From assembly GCA_018333995.1 (NCBI GenBank), contig JAGXSG010000008.1:59290-123289 (forward strand): a DNA stretch of 64,000 nt. Reading direction: 5' to 3'. The notes beneath the pieces were generated by a model. The model saw only the letters and a list, made by a program, of their open reading frames with translations. It was not told the origin of the DNA and did no database searches. The DNA is from Clostridiales bacterium (GTDB taxonomy: Bacteria; Actinomycetota; Coriobacteriia; Anaerosomatales; SLCP01). Of the stretch, positions 63,165-64,000 are shown in pieces. The translations under genes were made by a program, and so were the position numbers. Each line of letters starts with the position of its first letter. Position 1 is the first letter of the stretch.

Positions 63165-63839
63165 TTACCTCACCTCCCGGTACCACGCGCCGTGCCGTTC
63201 CTTCGCGTACTCGGCGTCTATGTATCCTGAGAACATCGCTGGCAGCAGCGCCCGATTCGCCTTGAACACGAACGCAAATAGGTGTCCCGCGATGCCGAGC
63301 ACCAGCAACACCGCCGCGACATTGTGTGTGGCCGTCGAGAGGAACACGAGCATGTAGGGCAGGTCGACACCGGGCAGGTTCTTGACGACCTTGACTAGGC
63401 CAGACACCGTGACCACGATGAGGTTCACTCCGATGAACGCATACGCCAGACGCTGCTCCGCCAGGTACTTGTGCGAGACCGGCTCCTCGCCGCGCCCAAG
63501 CATCGCCGAGATGATCTGAACTGACTCGCGAGCATCGCCCCGCCTCGGCAGAATTGTGAAGCGGCCGCGGGCCACCGAGAACACGACGTGAAAGGCCATC
63601 CCCGCGATCAGGATCATGGCAGCGACGTAGTGGATGATGAGCGTGATGCCGTAATCGGCCGCCCAGGCCATCCCAGGCAGGCTCGCGATGCCGAACCGTT
63701 CGTACATCGGCATCTGGCCGAAGCCCGAGAATACGAGGGCGAGCGTCGCGAGGGAGACCGTCCAGTGCGCGATGCGGTTACCGAGAACCTGCCGAAGAAT
63801 GCGGGGCGCGCGATTCGATGGTGCGACAGGGCGGCTCAC
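63165..63839 (-). CDS. b-type cytochrome membrane subunit (FdnI / hydrogenase cytochrome b family)
   Basis: Four to five TM helices with His residues placed for haem ligation (RIAHWT, IIHYVAAM, ATHNVAAV, AGHLFAF). GTG start overlaps the stop of the upstream Fe-S subunit tail. Confidence 0.72.
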   Translation of the reverse strand: MSRPVAPSNRAPRILRQVLGNRIAHWTVSLATLALVFSGFGQMPMYERFGIASLPGMAWAADYGITLIIHYVAAMILIAGMAFHVVFSVARGRFTILPRRGDARESVQIISAMLGRGEEPVSHKYLAEQRLAYAFIGVNLIVVTVSGLVKVVKNLPGVDLPYMLVFLSTATHNVAAVLLVLGIAGHLFAFVFKANRALLPAMFSGYIDAEYAKERHGAWYREVR

Positions 63840-64000
63840 TCGGCGTCTCCCTTCATCGCCTTTACGGCTGCAAACGCGGCAGCGGCCACCCCGGCTACTG
63901 GTGCGATGGCGTATCCGAGGGCCATGCCGTTGACGGTGTCGAGGTAGTTCTCAGCGCTTGGTTTCATGCCGGGTACACCGGAGCGGACTTTCTCGGGAAG
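63836..64000 (-). CDS. 3' end (last 54 codons) of a gene ending in a TM tail, consistent with an FdnH-like Fe-S subunit
   Basis: My own translation: LPEKVRSGVPGMKPSAENYLDTVNGMALGYAIAPVAGVAAAAFAAVKAMKGDAE*. A C-terminal TM anchor followed by a cytochrome b gene matches FdnH-FdnI order. Not in the ORF track because it is under 60 aa within the window. Confidence 0.35.
   Translation of the reverse strand, partial: LPEKVRSGVPGMKPSAENYLDTVNGMALGYAIAPVAGVAAAAFAAVKAMKGDAE

Overview
High-GC Gram-positive-type chromosomal segment: I counted about 68-70% G+C in sampled core lines. Taxon cannot be fixed from sequence alone; gene content fits Coriobacteriia-like Actinobacteria or a high-GC Firmicute.

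Layout:
- 0-11 kb: housekeeping block in the same order as the Bacillus subtilis metS-yabD-yabE-ksgA-veg-ispE-spoVG-glmU-prs-ctc-pth region, with a tRNA-Gln.
- 11-16.2 kb: M23 peptidase, DUF4870-like membrane protein, ApbE, NfnAB/GltD-like oxidoreductase pair.
- 16.7-27 kb: envelope locus. A polyprenyl-phosphate GT2 converges on a five-gene, translationally coupled minus-strand operon: 854-aa repeat-rich surface protein, a small exosortase/archaeosortase-family protein, a processive GT2, a GT-C-like polytopic membrane protein, and a flippase-like/GT1 fusion.
- 27.2-30.1 kb: orphan LytTR response regulator, a DUF916-like surface protein and two small secreted WxL-like proteins. Arrays of CCGTTCGTC-type boxes with 21-bp phasing surround them.
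- 30.3-34.5 kb: UPF0210/ACT pair, DUF951, degenerate M23 protein, CapA.
- 34.6-43.6 kb: V/A-type ATPase operon in Enterococcus ntp order, with an extra 61-codon membrane ORF between B and D.
- 43.7-49.1 kb: PmbA/TldD, NlpC/P60, PdaA-like deacetylase.
- 49.2-51.0 kb: a 5-heme NapC/NirT-like ORF and a 10-heme ORF in the same frame, separated by a single TGA.
- 51.0-52.2 kb: hisG, initiator tRNA-Met and its terminator.
- 52.2-58.4 kb, with a flanking gene to 59.3 kb: lower-GC accessory island. It holds a Type II-like N6-adenine methyltransferase plus PD-(D/E)XK nuclease, then a three-gene module of two unknown wHTH-like proteins and a 769-aa GHKL ATPase, plus an orphan AbiEi-like gene (itself high-GC).
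- 59.4-64 kb: 5TMR-LYT/PAS histidine kinase, DUF2779 nuclease-like protein, FdnI-like cytochrome b and the tail of an FdnH-like subunit.

Top candidates for something new: the R-M-linked GHKL module, the exosortase-type surface/glycan operon with a possible new C-terminal sorting signal, the LytTR box regulon, and the TGA-split 15-heme cytochrome.

All calls rest on reading the translated ORFs and the DNA by eye. No database search was run.
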